64,000 nucleotides of DNA from Candidatus Aminicenantes bacterium (GTDB lineage: Bacteria > Acidobacteriota > Aminicenantia > Aminicenantales > Saccharicenantaceae): positions 135,854 through 199,853 of the forward strand of contig CAVWFA010000003.1 of NCBI GenBank assembly GCA_963754085.1. The letters run 5' to 3'. Position 1 is the stretch's first letter. The number at the start of each line of letters is the position of its first letter. The notes beneath the pieces were generated by a model. The model did no database searches. It saw only the letters and a list, made by a program, of their open reading frames with translations, and had not been told where the DNA came from. Shown here one piece after another: positions 11,189 through 19,970 of this stretch. The position numbers were made by a program, and so were the translations under genes.

Positions 11189-11872
11189 CTAACCTTTGAA
11201 AAACTTGAGATGCGGATTCCCCAGGAGGAATTCGTCCGCCAGGATGAGGTTCTTCTTGACCGCCCGGAGGGTCGCCCGGAAGTCCTTCTCGGAGGCCGGG
11301 TCGGGGTTCTTGATCCGGCCGACCTGGCCCCTCGGTTCTTCCACACCCGCAACGACGTCGTACTTGTAGAAATCCTCCAGGCTGAGGCCGACGAACTGGG
11401 CGCCGAAGCCGGGCTCGCGGAAGGCCTTGGCCGCCTTGGAGGTCAGCTTCTGGTAATAGAAGCCTTTGATCGCGCCCTTGAGGTCGAGGGCCAGGAAGAC
11501 CTGGAGCCCGCCGTACGTCCCCTTCTGGTTGACCCCGTGGATGTAGCCGATGAGGTCCGCGCCCCTGTAGATCTCGTACATGGTGTAGGGAACGTCGGCC
11601 GTCTCGAAGAGCCCGGTGAACGCGTCGCCCAGCCGGGCCTCGATCTGTTTCAGGAGAGCGTCGCCGCCCTTCTTCGAAATGGACACGTAGAGCGTCTTAT
11701 AGCCGGTCGAGTCCGGGAAGAGACGCTTGACGTCCCGGTCGGGATCGTTGAGATCGCAGCCGACCGCGGCGTAAAGGACCGCCGCGGCGAGGCCCAGCCC
11801 GAAGGCCGCGAAGACGGCGCCCGCCAGGAGGCCCGAGCCCCTGCGCTTTCCGTCGACCGCTGTCGTCTTCAT
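11189..11872 (-). CDS. putative lipoprotein with FMN_bind-like core domain
   Basis: 227 aa. Signal peptide ending in a lipobox-like AVGC. The core GVNQKGTYGGLQVFLALDLKGAIKGFYYQK resembles the RnfG/NqrC-type FMN_bind fold, but I see no clear flavinylation motif. The family call is tentative. Confidence 0.55.
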   Translation of the reverse strand: MKTTAVDGKRRGSGLLAGAVFAAFGLGLAAAVLYAAVGCDLNDPDRDVKRLFPDSTGYKTLYVSISKKGGDALLKQIEARLGDAFTGLFETADVPYTMYEIYRGADLIGYIHGVNQKGTYGGLQVFLALDLKGAIKGFYYQKLTSKAAKAFREPGFGAQFVGLSLEDFYKYDVVAGVEEPRGQVGRIKNPDPASEKDFRATLRAVKKNLILADEFLLGNPHLKFFKG

Positions 11873-11900
11873 CGGTCTTCTCCTCCCCGCTCGCGCGTTC

Positions 11901-12887
11901 TCACAGGAGCTTGTAGAGATAGAGCTGGACGGCGAACCGGACGTCGCGCCGCTCGTGGTCGTAGTAGACCATGAGGCGCCCGGCCAGGTCCGCGTTCAGG
12001 AGATAGGTCAGCCCCGAGCCCAGGGAATAGTCCCAGGCTCCGCCGTTCTCCGTGAGGACGGGCTGGACCTCGACCTTGAGCCGGCCTTCCTCGAGAAAGG
12101 ACAGGCCCGACCGCCAGAAGACCAGGAAGGTCCCTTGGCCGGCCCGGCGCCCGACCAGGATCTCGGCCCGGTTCTCGAGGTTCCGCCAGACGTAGGTCGC
12201 GTCCAGGCCGGCGGAGGACCAGGCCATCGGCTCGGGCTCGACGAGCGTGTCACCCATCGTCTCCAGGATATGCCCGTACGACAGGGACAGGCCGACCGAG
12301 TAATTGTCCCGGGCCAAGACCCCTTTGAAAACGCGGGCGGCGGCCAGATAATTACCCTTGAAATAGAGCGGCATGCCGCTGCCGGTCGTCAGCGATGCGG
12401 CCGCGCCGCCCCAGCTGAGATCCTTCTCGAGGCCGACTCCCCAATCCCGGTCGAAGCCGTAGCCGAGCATGGCCGGGGCCGGCAGGAGCAGGGCGTGACT
12501 GTCCAGCGCGGACGACAGGCCGAGGGCCGGACGGCTGTGCCCGATCCAGATGTTGACGGGCTTCGTTTTGAGGCGGAAATAGGCGTTGTAGAGCTGGGGC
12601 TGGAGCGCGTGCTCCCCCTCCTCGTCGTAGGCCAGCCGGGCCTGGACGGCCAGAAGGCCGATGTCCCGGCTCCGGCCGCTGAAACGGTGGATGAAGTCGA
12701 AACCGAGGCTCGGCTTCTGCATCACGTCGTCGGGCATGAGGGAGAACAGCTCGACGGCGTCGGACGCGGTGGAGTAGGCGCCGACCGCCTGGAGCTCGAG
12801 ATAGAAAAGCGTGCCCTGGGCCCGGAGGCCGCCGGCCGAGGCCGCCAGCACGGCGAGACAGGCGAGCGCGCGCCCGGGCTTAGACAT
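11901..12887 (-). CDS. putative outer-membrane beta-barrel protein
   Basis: 328 aa. Signal peptide (LAVLAASAGGLRAQG), alternating hydrophobic/polar strands rich in G/Y/S/L, aromatic-rich C-terminus. No specific family recognised. Confidence 0.5.
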   Translation of the reverse strand: MSKPGRALACLAVLAASAGGLRAQGTLFYLELQAVGAYSTASDAVELFSLMPDDVMQKPSLGFDFIHRFSGRSRDIGLLAVQARLAYDEEGEHALQPQLYNAYFRLKTKPVNIWIGHSRPALGLSSALDSHALLLPAPAMLGYGFDRDWGVGLEKDLSWGGAAASLTTGSGMPLYFKGNYLAAARVFKGVLARDNYSVGLSLSYGHILETMGDTLVEPEPMAWSSAGLDATYVWRNLENRAEILVGRRAGQGTFLVFWRSGLSFLEEGRLKVEVQPVLTENGGAWDYSLGSGLTYLLNADLAGRLMVYYDHERRDVRFAVQLYLYKLL

Positions 12888-13359
12888 CGAAGGTGATGCG
12901 GCCCCTGAAGATGACGATGCCGTTGCGGGAGAAGGTCAGCCGGACCTCCCAATCGCCGGGCATGACGACGTTGACGGGCAGGAGATAGTTCCCGGCCTTG
13001 TTCGTCTTGAAGGCGACTTCGCCCGAATCGTGGGCGCCCCGCATGGAGGGCATGTCGGAGCGGCCGGTGACGGCGAGATCGGAGACCTGCGTCCCGTCCT
13101 TGTCGTAAAGCTTGATGATGAGGATCGAAGTCCCCATCTTGGGCGTCTTGTCGAACTCCCAGGTGAAGTAGTTGACCTCGCCGATCCAGCACTTCTTGCC
13201 CGACTTGGGCAGGTCCTGGAAGACGGGCTCGCCCTGCTGGCCGGCCGGGACGAGGCCCGGGGCATTGCAGCAGGACGAAGCCGGTTGGGCGGCGGCGACG
13301 CCCGCCACCAGGACGGCCAAAACAAGCGAGGCGGCGAGTTTTTCGAACCTTCTTAGCAT
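12880..13359 (-). CDS. secreted YtkA/FixH-like domain protein
   Basis: 159 aa. Signal peptide, a CC pair near the mature N-terminus, a Met/His patch (DMPSMRGAHDSG) and the G.Y..PV.V.MPGDWEV pattern reminiscent of YtkA/FixH-like domains. Overlaps the next gene by 8 nt. Confidence 0.5.
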   Translation of the reverse strand: MLRRFEKLAASLVLAVLVAGVAAAQPASSCCNAPGLVPAGQQGEPVFQDLPKSGKKCWIGEVNYFTWEFDKTPKMGTSILIIKLYDKDGTQVSDLAVTGRSDMPSMRGAHDSGEVAFKTNKAGNYLLPVNVVMPGDWEVRLTFSRNGIVIFRGRITFDV

Positions 13360-13389
13360 CGCGAACTCTCCTTCCGGCGGCTCAGGCCA

Positions 13390-13414
13390 AATTCCTATTT
13401 ATTATATAGGAATT
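13390..13414. promoter_or_regulatory. AT-rich 9-7-9 palindrome AATTCCTAT-N7-ATAGGAATT in a divergent promoter region
   Basis: Perfect 9-bp inverted arms read directly from the sequence. It lies between the minus-strand five-gene operon (start 13359) and the plus-strand gene starting at 13562. Confidence 0.5.
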
Positions 13415-13561
13415 AAGCAACCGAGACCATCCCAAGCCGCCGCCCAAGTCAAGTTTCGTTACATCCTTTTCCGGTCCTGCCCCGAGAAACGGGCTGGCCT
13501 GAAAGTTGCTGCAGGGACGGGGGTGGGATCTATGGTAGAAATGAGAGTCGAAGGAGGCCCG

Positions 13562-15946
13562 ATGAAAAGTCGCATCAACAAGATCGCGGTCTACGGGCTC
13601 GTCGTTCTGCTGGCCGCGCTGGCCACACCAGCCCGGCTGTCGGCCCAAGCATCCGCCCGGCCTTTGAACGTCCTCGTCCTCCTCGGCGAGTGGTTCGGAG
13701 ACGCCTATTTCCCCTTGGCCAAGGAGATCGAGGCCCGGGGCTGGACGATGAAGCGGGTCGGTGTCGACGTCGAGTATCGGGGCTGCTACAACAAAAAGCG
13801 GGACATCGTCCTGCGCAGCGACATCCTCATCCCGGACCTGAAGGACTTCGCCGGCTACGACGCTCTCATCATCCCGAGCGGCCCGCAGTTCCGGAAGTTC
13901 CAGGGCAACCCCGTCGTCCTGGATTTCGTGCGCCGAGCTCACGCTTCGGGCCTTGTCATCGCCTCCTTTTGCGTCGGGAATTTCCTGGTCCAGGCCGCCG
14001 GTCTTGTCGACGGGCTGGCCGGCCAGGAGTCGTTCCCCAAGGTGATGACACTGGCCCGCGAGGGCGTCCTCATCGGGCCGCGCGGCGGCGGCCCTCCGCC
14101 CGGGGACGGTTACGAGAGCGCGCCGATCAAGGAGCTCTGCGAGGCCATCGCCCGCGAGGCCGCGCTCAAGACGGCCTCCCCCCCGCCCTCCCAGGACGTC
14201 TTCGAGCTGCTGCGCAAGGGTGACATCCCGGCCGTCAAGGCGACGGTCGAGAAGTCCCCTCAACTGGTCGAAGCGCGCGACGGCCAGGGACTGACGCTCC
14301 TCCATTACGCCGCGTACGGCCAGAGCACCGATCTCGTCGAATTCCTCATCGACAAAGGCGCCAAGCCCGCCGCCGCCGATCCCGACGGCGATACGCCGCT
14401 CCACGTTGCCGCGATGAGCGACCGGACGGAGGTCGCCGCCGCTCTCCTCAAGCGCGGGGCCTCGATCGAAGCGAGGAACGATTACCAACGGACCCCTCTC
14501 CTCCTCTGCGCCCGCGAGCGGGGCGGGGCGGCCACGGCCCGCGTCCTCATCGAAGCCGGCGCGGACGTCAACGCCGCGGATAAATTCGGCTCCACCGCCC
14601 TCGAGCTCGCCGCCTGGCGCGGCAAGTCCGAGCTCATCGACCTCCTCCTCGAAAAAGGGGCCAAGGTGCCGGGCGCCGGAGAGAAATGGCTGGCCGGTCT
14701 TTCCGAGGCCGCATCCCAAGGCCTGACCAGGCTCTTCCGGCGCCTGATCGAAGGGGGGCAGGACCTGAAGGCCCTCGGCCCGTCCGGCGAGATGCTCCTC
14801 CATTCCGCGGCGGCCGGAGGGTCGGCCGAGATCGTCGGTTTGCTCATCGACAAGGGATTCCCGCCGGATAGGAAGGACCGCTTCGGCTGGACGCCGCTCC
14901 ACTATGCCGCCCGAGACGGCCGGACCGAGGCGGCACGGATCCTGATCGAGCGCGGCGCGCCCCTCGACGCCCGCACGGCCATGGGCCAGACGGCCTATAA
15001 CGTCGCCGTGGAGAGGAACATGGAGACCGCGGCGGGCCTGCTGGCGGAGAAGGGCGCCGACAAGTCGGCCATCCGCTTCCCGGACCTCAAAGGGGACTAT
15101 CTCGGTCAGAAGCCCCCCGGGGACACGCCCGAGCTCTTCGCGCCCGGCATCGTCTCCTCGGTCTGGGGCCTTCACAGCACGGCCGTCTTCTCGCCCGACG
15201 GGAACGAGGTCTACTGGGCGCCCATGATGACCTTCCCAGGCGAGATCTATTCCCGCGGCGGCCTGCTCATGATGAAGCGAGCGAAGGGCCGGTGGACGCC
15301 GCCGTCATGGGCGTCCTTTTCGGGCCCCAAGGGAGAGGACGACGTGCCCTTCTTCTCGGCCGACGGGAAAAGGCTCTATTTCCTCTCGCGCCGTCCGCTT
15401 CCCGGGGAAACCCAGCTGGGGGGCGAGAAGATCTGGTTCGTGGACAGGACCCCCACCGGCTGGACCGAGCCCGCGCTTTTAGACCCCGACGTCAATGCCG
15501 TGAACAAGCACTGGGAGTTCTCGCTCGATCTGAAAGGGAATGTCTATTTCGCGGGACGCCCGCCGGACAGCCGCGGCCTGAGTGATATCTATCTGGCCCG
15601 GTTCGTCGGCGGAAAGTACGAAAAGCCGGTCAACCTGGGCGATCCCATCAACACCGCCGAGATCGACGACACGCCGTTCATCGCCCCCGACGGGAGCTAC
15701 CTTCTGTTCTCGCGCCAGTTCGACCTCTGGGTGAGCTTCCGGGGACCGGACGGCGCCTGGGGCGCTCCGGTCAGTCTGGGACCGGAGGTCAACAGCCCGT
15801 CCATCGAGCTGTGCCCGATGGTCACGGCGGACGGCAAGTACCTGTTCTTCCTGAGCCAGCGCGACGGCGAGAGCCACGCCTACTGGGTCCGCGCCAAGGT
15901 CATCGAGGACCTGAAGGCCCGGCACAAGACCGGGACCGCCCGGTGA
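13562..15946 (+). CDS. secreted multidomain protein: DJ-1/PfpI-like + ankyrin repeats + TolB/PD40-like beta-propeller region
   Basis: ORF 13172..15946. The start was moved to the ATG at 13562, which is in frame, has AGGAGG 5 nt upstream, and is followed by a signal peptide. Domains: DJ-1/PfpI-like (ALIIPSG.., ASFCVGN); several ankyrin units (G.T.LH.AA..G....V..LL..GA); C-terminal SPDG/ADGK/PDGS repeats. Confidence 0.8.
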   Translation: MKSRINKIAVYGLVVLLAALATPARLSAQASARPLNVLVLLGEWFGDAYFPLAKEIEARGWTMKRVGVDVEYRGCYNKKRDIVLRSDILIPDLKDFAGYDALIIPSGPQFRKFQGNPVVLDFVRRAHASGLVIASFCVGNFLVQAAGLVDGLAGQESFPKVMTLAREGVLIGPRGGGPPPGDGYESAPIKELCEAIAREAALKTASPPPSQDVFELLRKGDIPAVKATVEKSPQLVEARDGQGLTLLHYAAYGQSTDLVEFLIDKGAKPAAADPDGDTPLHVAAMSDRTEVAAALLKRGASIEARNDYQRTPLLLCARERGGAATARVLIEAGADVNAADKFGSTALELAAWRGKSELIDLLLEKGAKVPGAGEKWLAGLSEAASQGLTRLFRRLIEGGQDLKALGPSGEMLLHSAAAGGSAEIVGLLIDKGFPPDRKDRFGWTPLHYAARDGRTEAARILIERGAPLDARTAMGQTAYNVAVERNMETAAGLLAEKGADKSAIRFPDLKGDYLGQKPPGDTPELFAPGIVSSVWGLHSTAVFSPDGNEVYWAPMMTFPGEIYSRGGLLMMKRAKGRWTPPSWASFSGPKGEDDVPFFSADGKRLYFLSRRPLPGETQLGGEKIWFVDRTPTGWTEPALLDPDVNAVNKHWEFSLDLKGNVYFAGRPPDSRGLSDIYLARFVGGKYEKPVNLGDPINTAEIDDTPFIAPDGSYLLFSRQFDLWVSFRGPDGAWGAPVSLGPEVNSPSIELCPMVTADGKYLFFLSQRDGESHAYWVRAKVIEDLKARHKTGTAR

Positions 15947-15959
15947 CAAGGAGAGCGCA

Positions 15960-16502
15960 ATGGAGTATCGAAAGACCGCATCGGCCGCGCTTGTGGGCCT
16001 GGTCCTGCTGGTTGCCGGCCTCATCTCGGCTTGCGCCTCCCCGGCCGACGAAAAGGCCGTCATCGAGAAGGTCATCCGCGACAACATCGGCTGGGCCCTG
16101 ACCAAGGACCGTCCCCTCGCCGAGAGCACGATGGTCCGCGACGAGAGCCTTTTCATCGTCAACCCCACTTCCGAATCCACCGTCGGCTGGAGCCAGCTCG
16201 TGAAGAACTTCGACTTCTGGCTGGACCCGCGCTTCAAGGCCACGAAGTGCGAGATCTGGGACCTGCGCATCGGCGTCGCGCGTTCGGGCGACGTGGCCTG
16301 GTGGTCGTGCATGCTGAACGACCTCGCCGAGTGGGACGGGAAGCCGACCGGCTGGAAGGACACGCGCTGGACGGGGGTCCTGGAGAAGCGGGACGGGAAA
16401 TGGCTCATCCTCCAGATGCACTTCTCCTTCGCCGCGGACAAGGTCGCGGCCCAGGTCAAGGCCAAACTCGAGGCGGAGAAGCCCGACCCCGACCGGAAGT
16501 GA
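15960..16502 (+). CDS. SnoaL/NTF2-like (DUF4440-like) lipoprotein
   Basis: 180 aa. Lipobox LISAC, then a W-rich alpha+beta cone-like sequence (DVAWWSCML, RWTGVLEKRDGKWLILQMHFS). Confidence 0.65.
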   Translation: MEYRKTASAALVGLVLLVAGLISACASPADEKAVIEKVIRDNIGWALTKDRPLAESTMVRDESLFIVNPTSESTVGWSQLVKNFDFWLDPRFKATKCEIWDLRIGVARSGDVAWWSCMLNDLAEWDGKPTGWKDTRWTGVLEKRDGKWLILQMHFSFAADKVAAQVKAKLEAEKPDPDRK

Positions 16503-16508
16503 GGACCC

Positions 16509-16874
16509 ATGAACGCCATCGACCTGCGCCAGAAGCTCGCGCTTTTCTCCAAGCAATGGCATCCCCACATCATCGCCGAGGGGGACTCGCTGCAGGTGTT
16601 CCTGTCCAAGCTCCAAGGCGATTTCGTCATGCACACCCACGACGACGCCGATGAGCTGTTCTACGTCGTCAAGGGTGCCCTGGAGATGCGCTTCAAGGAC
16701 CATACCGTTCCCGTCCGCGAGGGACAGGTCATCCTGGTGCCCCGGGGCGTTGAGCACTGTCCAAGGACGGCGCCCGACGAAGAAGTCCACGTGCTGGTCG
16801 TCGAGCCCCGCGGCACGACCCATACCGGGAACGTCCAGCACAAGCGCACGGTCAAGGATTACATCCGGATCTAG
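16509..16874 (+). CDS. cupin domain protein
   Basis: 121 aa. Cupin motifs HTHDDADELFYVVKG and VPRGVEH. Confidence 0.85.
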   Translation: MNAIDLRQKLALFSKQWHPHIIAEGDSLQVFLSKLQGDFVMHTHDDADELFYVVKGALEMRFKDHTVPVREGQVILVPRGVEHCPRTAPDEEVHVLVVEPRGTTHTGNVQHKRTVKDYIRI

Positions 16875-16977
16875 CAAAGACCCCGTGAATCCCGTCGAGC
16901 TCGTCCACGCCAAGACGCGGCGCGCCTGCGACCTGTTCCATCGGGCGGAAGATCCCGGAGAAAGGAGCACATCGCCA

Positions 16978-18040
16978 ATGAAGACGACGGAGAAAGTGCG
17001 TCTTCTCGCTTGCGGGATGACGATCCTGCTGACGATCGGGGCCTGCGGCCAAGTCAGAGCGTCAACGCCGGGATCGCCCGGCCGGACGGGAGAGGCCGCA
17101 GGTCCTCTCCTGTTGACTTACGTGGCCAACATGGGCGTTCTGGTGAGTTCCGGCGCCTCAGGTCCTCATCGACGCCCTGTTCGAAAAACCGAACCCGGAC
17201 TAATACCAGGCGCCTGGACATGGCCATGACGCGGGACGAGCCCATCGCGTATTTGAAGTCGAAGGGCGCCGCCGCACTCGCTGAGTTCGAGACGGTGAAC
17301 TGCGCCTCCCGCCTGCCTATCCGTGGCATGCGCATCTCGTCGTTTCGACGGCCGACGCCCCGGACCGCGCTCCGGCACCCGAGACGCTCGACAAGATCAT
17401 GAAGGGCGAGGCGCCGTTCGACGGCATCGGACCTCGTCCTCATCACCCACGACCATCCGGATCACTTCGCCGGCGGGCCTGGCCGTCCGCTTTTGGAAGC
17501 CGGGAGCGGCCTGTGCCAGCTCGGAAGACCGGCGGTCGAGGCCATGCGGAGATCCGAGCGGGACGCCGCGGACTGGCCGCGGAAGTCGAACCCCGCCTAT
17601 CTCTGGACGTTCAACGGCGAGGAGTTGGAGATCTTCCCTTACCCCGGCCTCCATTCCGACGCCGATATCCTCATCCATTTCCCCAAGGCCGGCGTCATTT
17701 GCATGGGCGACTGTCTGTCCCAAAGCTGCGGCCTCAGGGACGCGGCGGCGTATCACGAAGCCTGGACAAGGCCGTCGCCGTCGTCGCCTCGGACACGTCG
17801 TCAGCGGCGACGGCGACCTGGCCGCGGCCGGATGAAGACGTATCGGTTCGAGATGGACGGACGGCCCGGCTGGTCAGGAGGATCGCGCCGAACGGACCAA
17901 GAGGAGATGATCGGGGCCGATCTGCTCAAAGCCTTCAAGGCCCGAGACTCGCATCTCGACTGGCTCGGCCCGATTCCTGGCTCCGGACGGTTGTCCGCGG
18001 TCTCCAGGCCGGGAAGAGATACGACCCTCATGAAGGGATC
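16978..18040 (+). pseudogene. decayed MBL-fold metallo-hydrolase gene (many frameshifts and an in-frame stop); end approximate
   Basis: RBS plus ATG at 16978 gives a signal peptide and LLLTYVANMGVLVSSGA. Recognisable pieces then continue in other frames: VLIDALFEKPNPD-stop, APETLDKIMKGEAPFDGI, DLVLITHDHPDHF, ILIHFPKAGVICMGD, LLKAFKARDSHLDWLG. Confidence 0.7.
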
Positions 18041-18065
18041 GGCCGACCGGATCAGGAGGAAGAAC

Positions 18066-18700
18066 ATGAAGAAGGCTTTATCGTCACTGCTGGCCTGCGG
18101 CAGTTTCGTCCTCGCAGCGATCGTCTTCCAGCCGAGGACAGCCGCGTCGCCCCGAGATCGCCAACGAGGCCCGCCTCGACAAGCTCCAGCCGCCCGGCCA
18201 GGTCATGGATATCATCGGCGCCGCCGCCGGCATGACCATCGCCGAGATCGACGCCGGCCAGCGGCCGCTACGTCGTCCATCTGGCCGACCGGGTGGGCGC
18301 CGCGGGCAAGATCTACCGGAGGACATCGCCGGCGACGCCTTGCGCCATCTGCCGAGCGCTGCCGCCGGGTCGGTTTCGCCAACGTCGAGACCGTTCTCGG
18401 CGACACCGCCGACCGCAATCTCCCGCCGGGAAGCTGGACCTCATCTTCGTCGGGTCCTCGGCCATCCTTCGGCGATCCGGTCGCCTCATCCGCAAAGCCG
18501 TCCGGCCTGAAGCCGTCCGGCCGCCTGGCCATCGCCGTCATCGGTCCCGGATAAGGACGACCAGGCGGCGGACGCCGCCGAAGTGCGCGCTCAGAGGAGA
18601 GCTCCGGCTCAGCCGCGAACGCTTCGAAGGTCTCCCGGGCGGGAACTCGCTGAATATCTCTGTCCGGCCCTTATCTGTGGCCAAATGGCCCATCTGGTGA
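18066..18700 (+). pseudogene. decayed class I SAM-dependent methyltransferase gene (several frameshifts)
   Basis: ATG at 18066 with a signal-like N-terminus. Methyltransferase pieces are scattered over three frames: VMDIIGAAAGMTIAEIDAG, GRYVVHLADRVGAAGKIY, EDIAGDALRHL, RCRRVGFANVETVLGDTAD, LPPGKLDLIF, LKPSGRLAIAVIGP. Confidence 0.65.
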
Positions 18701-18734
18701 AGAAGGAATTCGCGGCCGGCCGGGCCGGCCTCGC

Positions 18735-19499
18735 TCACCTCACAGCGCCCAGAAGGTAGAGGAGGCCCATGATCACGGGCTGGTGGACGATGTAGATCAG
18801 GAGGGCGTGCCGGCCGGCGAAGTTGACAAAGGTCGGCGGCATTCGCCAGGGCAGGAGGCTCCGCTTGGATGCGTATACGGACTTCCCCAGCGCGGCCCCG
18901 GCGAGGAAGATCCCGAGCCAGGGGATGAGGGGAAAGTAATCGAAAGCGGAGAACGAGGGGCTGGTGATCCCGAAGGGCATCAGCCAGTCGGTGCGGACGG
19001 CCAGGGCTTTATTCACGAAAGGCAGCCCGGCGGCGAGGCCGATGACGACGGCGCCAGAAGCGGCGCAAACGGCAGGCCGCGCCTTCTCGAACGCCGCCCC
19101 GTAGAGGATCATCGAGACGGCGAGGCACTGGAGGATCCCGAAGAAGACGACCGACGTCGGGTCGAAGACATAGGTGGCCGCGCTGACGAGCGCCGATACG
19201 GCCAGGAGCCGGAGGCCGCGGCGGATGTTGTTCCGGCTCAGCGTGCTGCTGGTCCCGGAGAGGACGACGAAAAGCGCGGCGAAAAAGGCCTGGGCGATCG
19301 TCCAGGCCGGCAGCGACAGGTCGGTGGACCAGCCCAGGAACCGTTCGATCCCGACGAATTCGCCCAGATCGAACAGGAGATGGTAGCAGACCATCAGAAC
19401 GACCGAGAGGCCGCGCAGGAAATCGATCTCCCAGATCCGGGCCGCGACGATCTCTCTTTTCACGGCGTGAGGATAGTCCAGGCCGGCGCCCGGCGTCAA
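18735..19499 (-). CDS. DUF1624 / heparan-alpha-glucosaminide N-acetyltransferase-like membrane protein
   Basis: 254 aa polytopic membrane protein. N-terminal RIWEIDFLRGLSVVLMVCYH motif is typical of this acyltransferase-like family. Confidence 0.75.
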   Translation of the reverse strand: MTPGAGLDYPHAVKREIVAARIWEIDFLRGLSVVLMVCYHLLFDLGEFVGIERFLGWSTDLSLPAWTIAQAFFAALFVVLSGTSSTLSRNNIRRGLRLLAVSALVSAATYVFDPTSVVFFGILQCLAVSMILYGAAFEKARPAVCAASGAVVIGLAAGLPFVNKALAVRTDWLMPFGITSPSFSAFDYFPLIPWLGIFLAGAALGKSVYASKRSLLPWRMPPTFVNFAGRHALLIYIVHQPVIMGLLYLLGAVR

Positions 19500-19561
19500 G
19501 GCGGCGGGCCGATTGACAGCCGGAGGGTCCTGGTCTATAAGAGGCCCAGAAAGGAGTCCCC

Positions 19562-19960
19562 ATGTCCCCCTTCCAGTACCTGTCCGAAGAATGGCGGGCC
19601 GAAGCGGAACGGCGGCTTAAAGCCGAGCTGACGCCCGAGCGGATGAACAACATCACCTCGTCGATGTCCAACATCTACCTCGATTGCCCTGGCGGCGGAT
19701 CGAAGTACCTGCTGTTCCGGTTCGAGAACGGCGCCCTGGCCGAGCTCGGGCTCGGGGCCGGCGAGCCGCCGGAGGCCGAATTCCATATCACCGGGACCTA
19801 CGAGGTCTTCGCCCAGATCTCCCGGGCCGAGCTGGGGGCCCAGAAGGCGCTCATGACCGGGAAGCTCAAGCTCAAGGGCAACATGATCAAAGCCCTGAAG
19901 CTGGCCGCGATCGCCGACCGGCTGAACAAGGTCCTGGCCGGCATCCCCGCGAGCTATTGA
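19562..19960 (+). CDS. SCP2 sterol-binding domain protein
   Basis: 132 aa. C-terminal ALMTGKLKLKGNMIKALKL signature of SCP-2 domains. Confidence 0.85.
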   Translation: MSPFQYLSEEWRAEAERRLKAELTPERMNNITSSMSNIYLDCPGGGSKYLLFRFENGALAELGLGAGEPPEAEFHITGTYEVFAQISRAELGAQKALMTGKLKLKGNMIKALKLAAIADRLNKVLAGIPASY

Positions 19961-19970
19961 GGAGCCGGTC

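Noticed and set aside
13172-13561. N-terminal extensions of ORFs as given in the track. Examples: 13172 for the multidomain protein, 23326 for the DUF5674-like gene, 33917 for psd, 44013 for murF, 46937 for murD, 48642 for murG, 50588 for murC.
   Set aside because: The upstream portions overlap neighbouring genes or intergenic DNA. They translate to junk and lack ribosome-binding sites. The internal starts give canonical N-termini, are in frame, and often form ATGA-type junctions.
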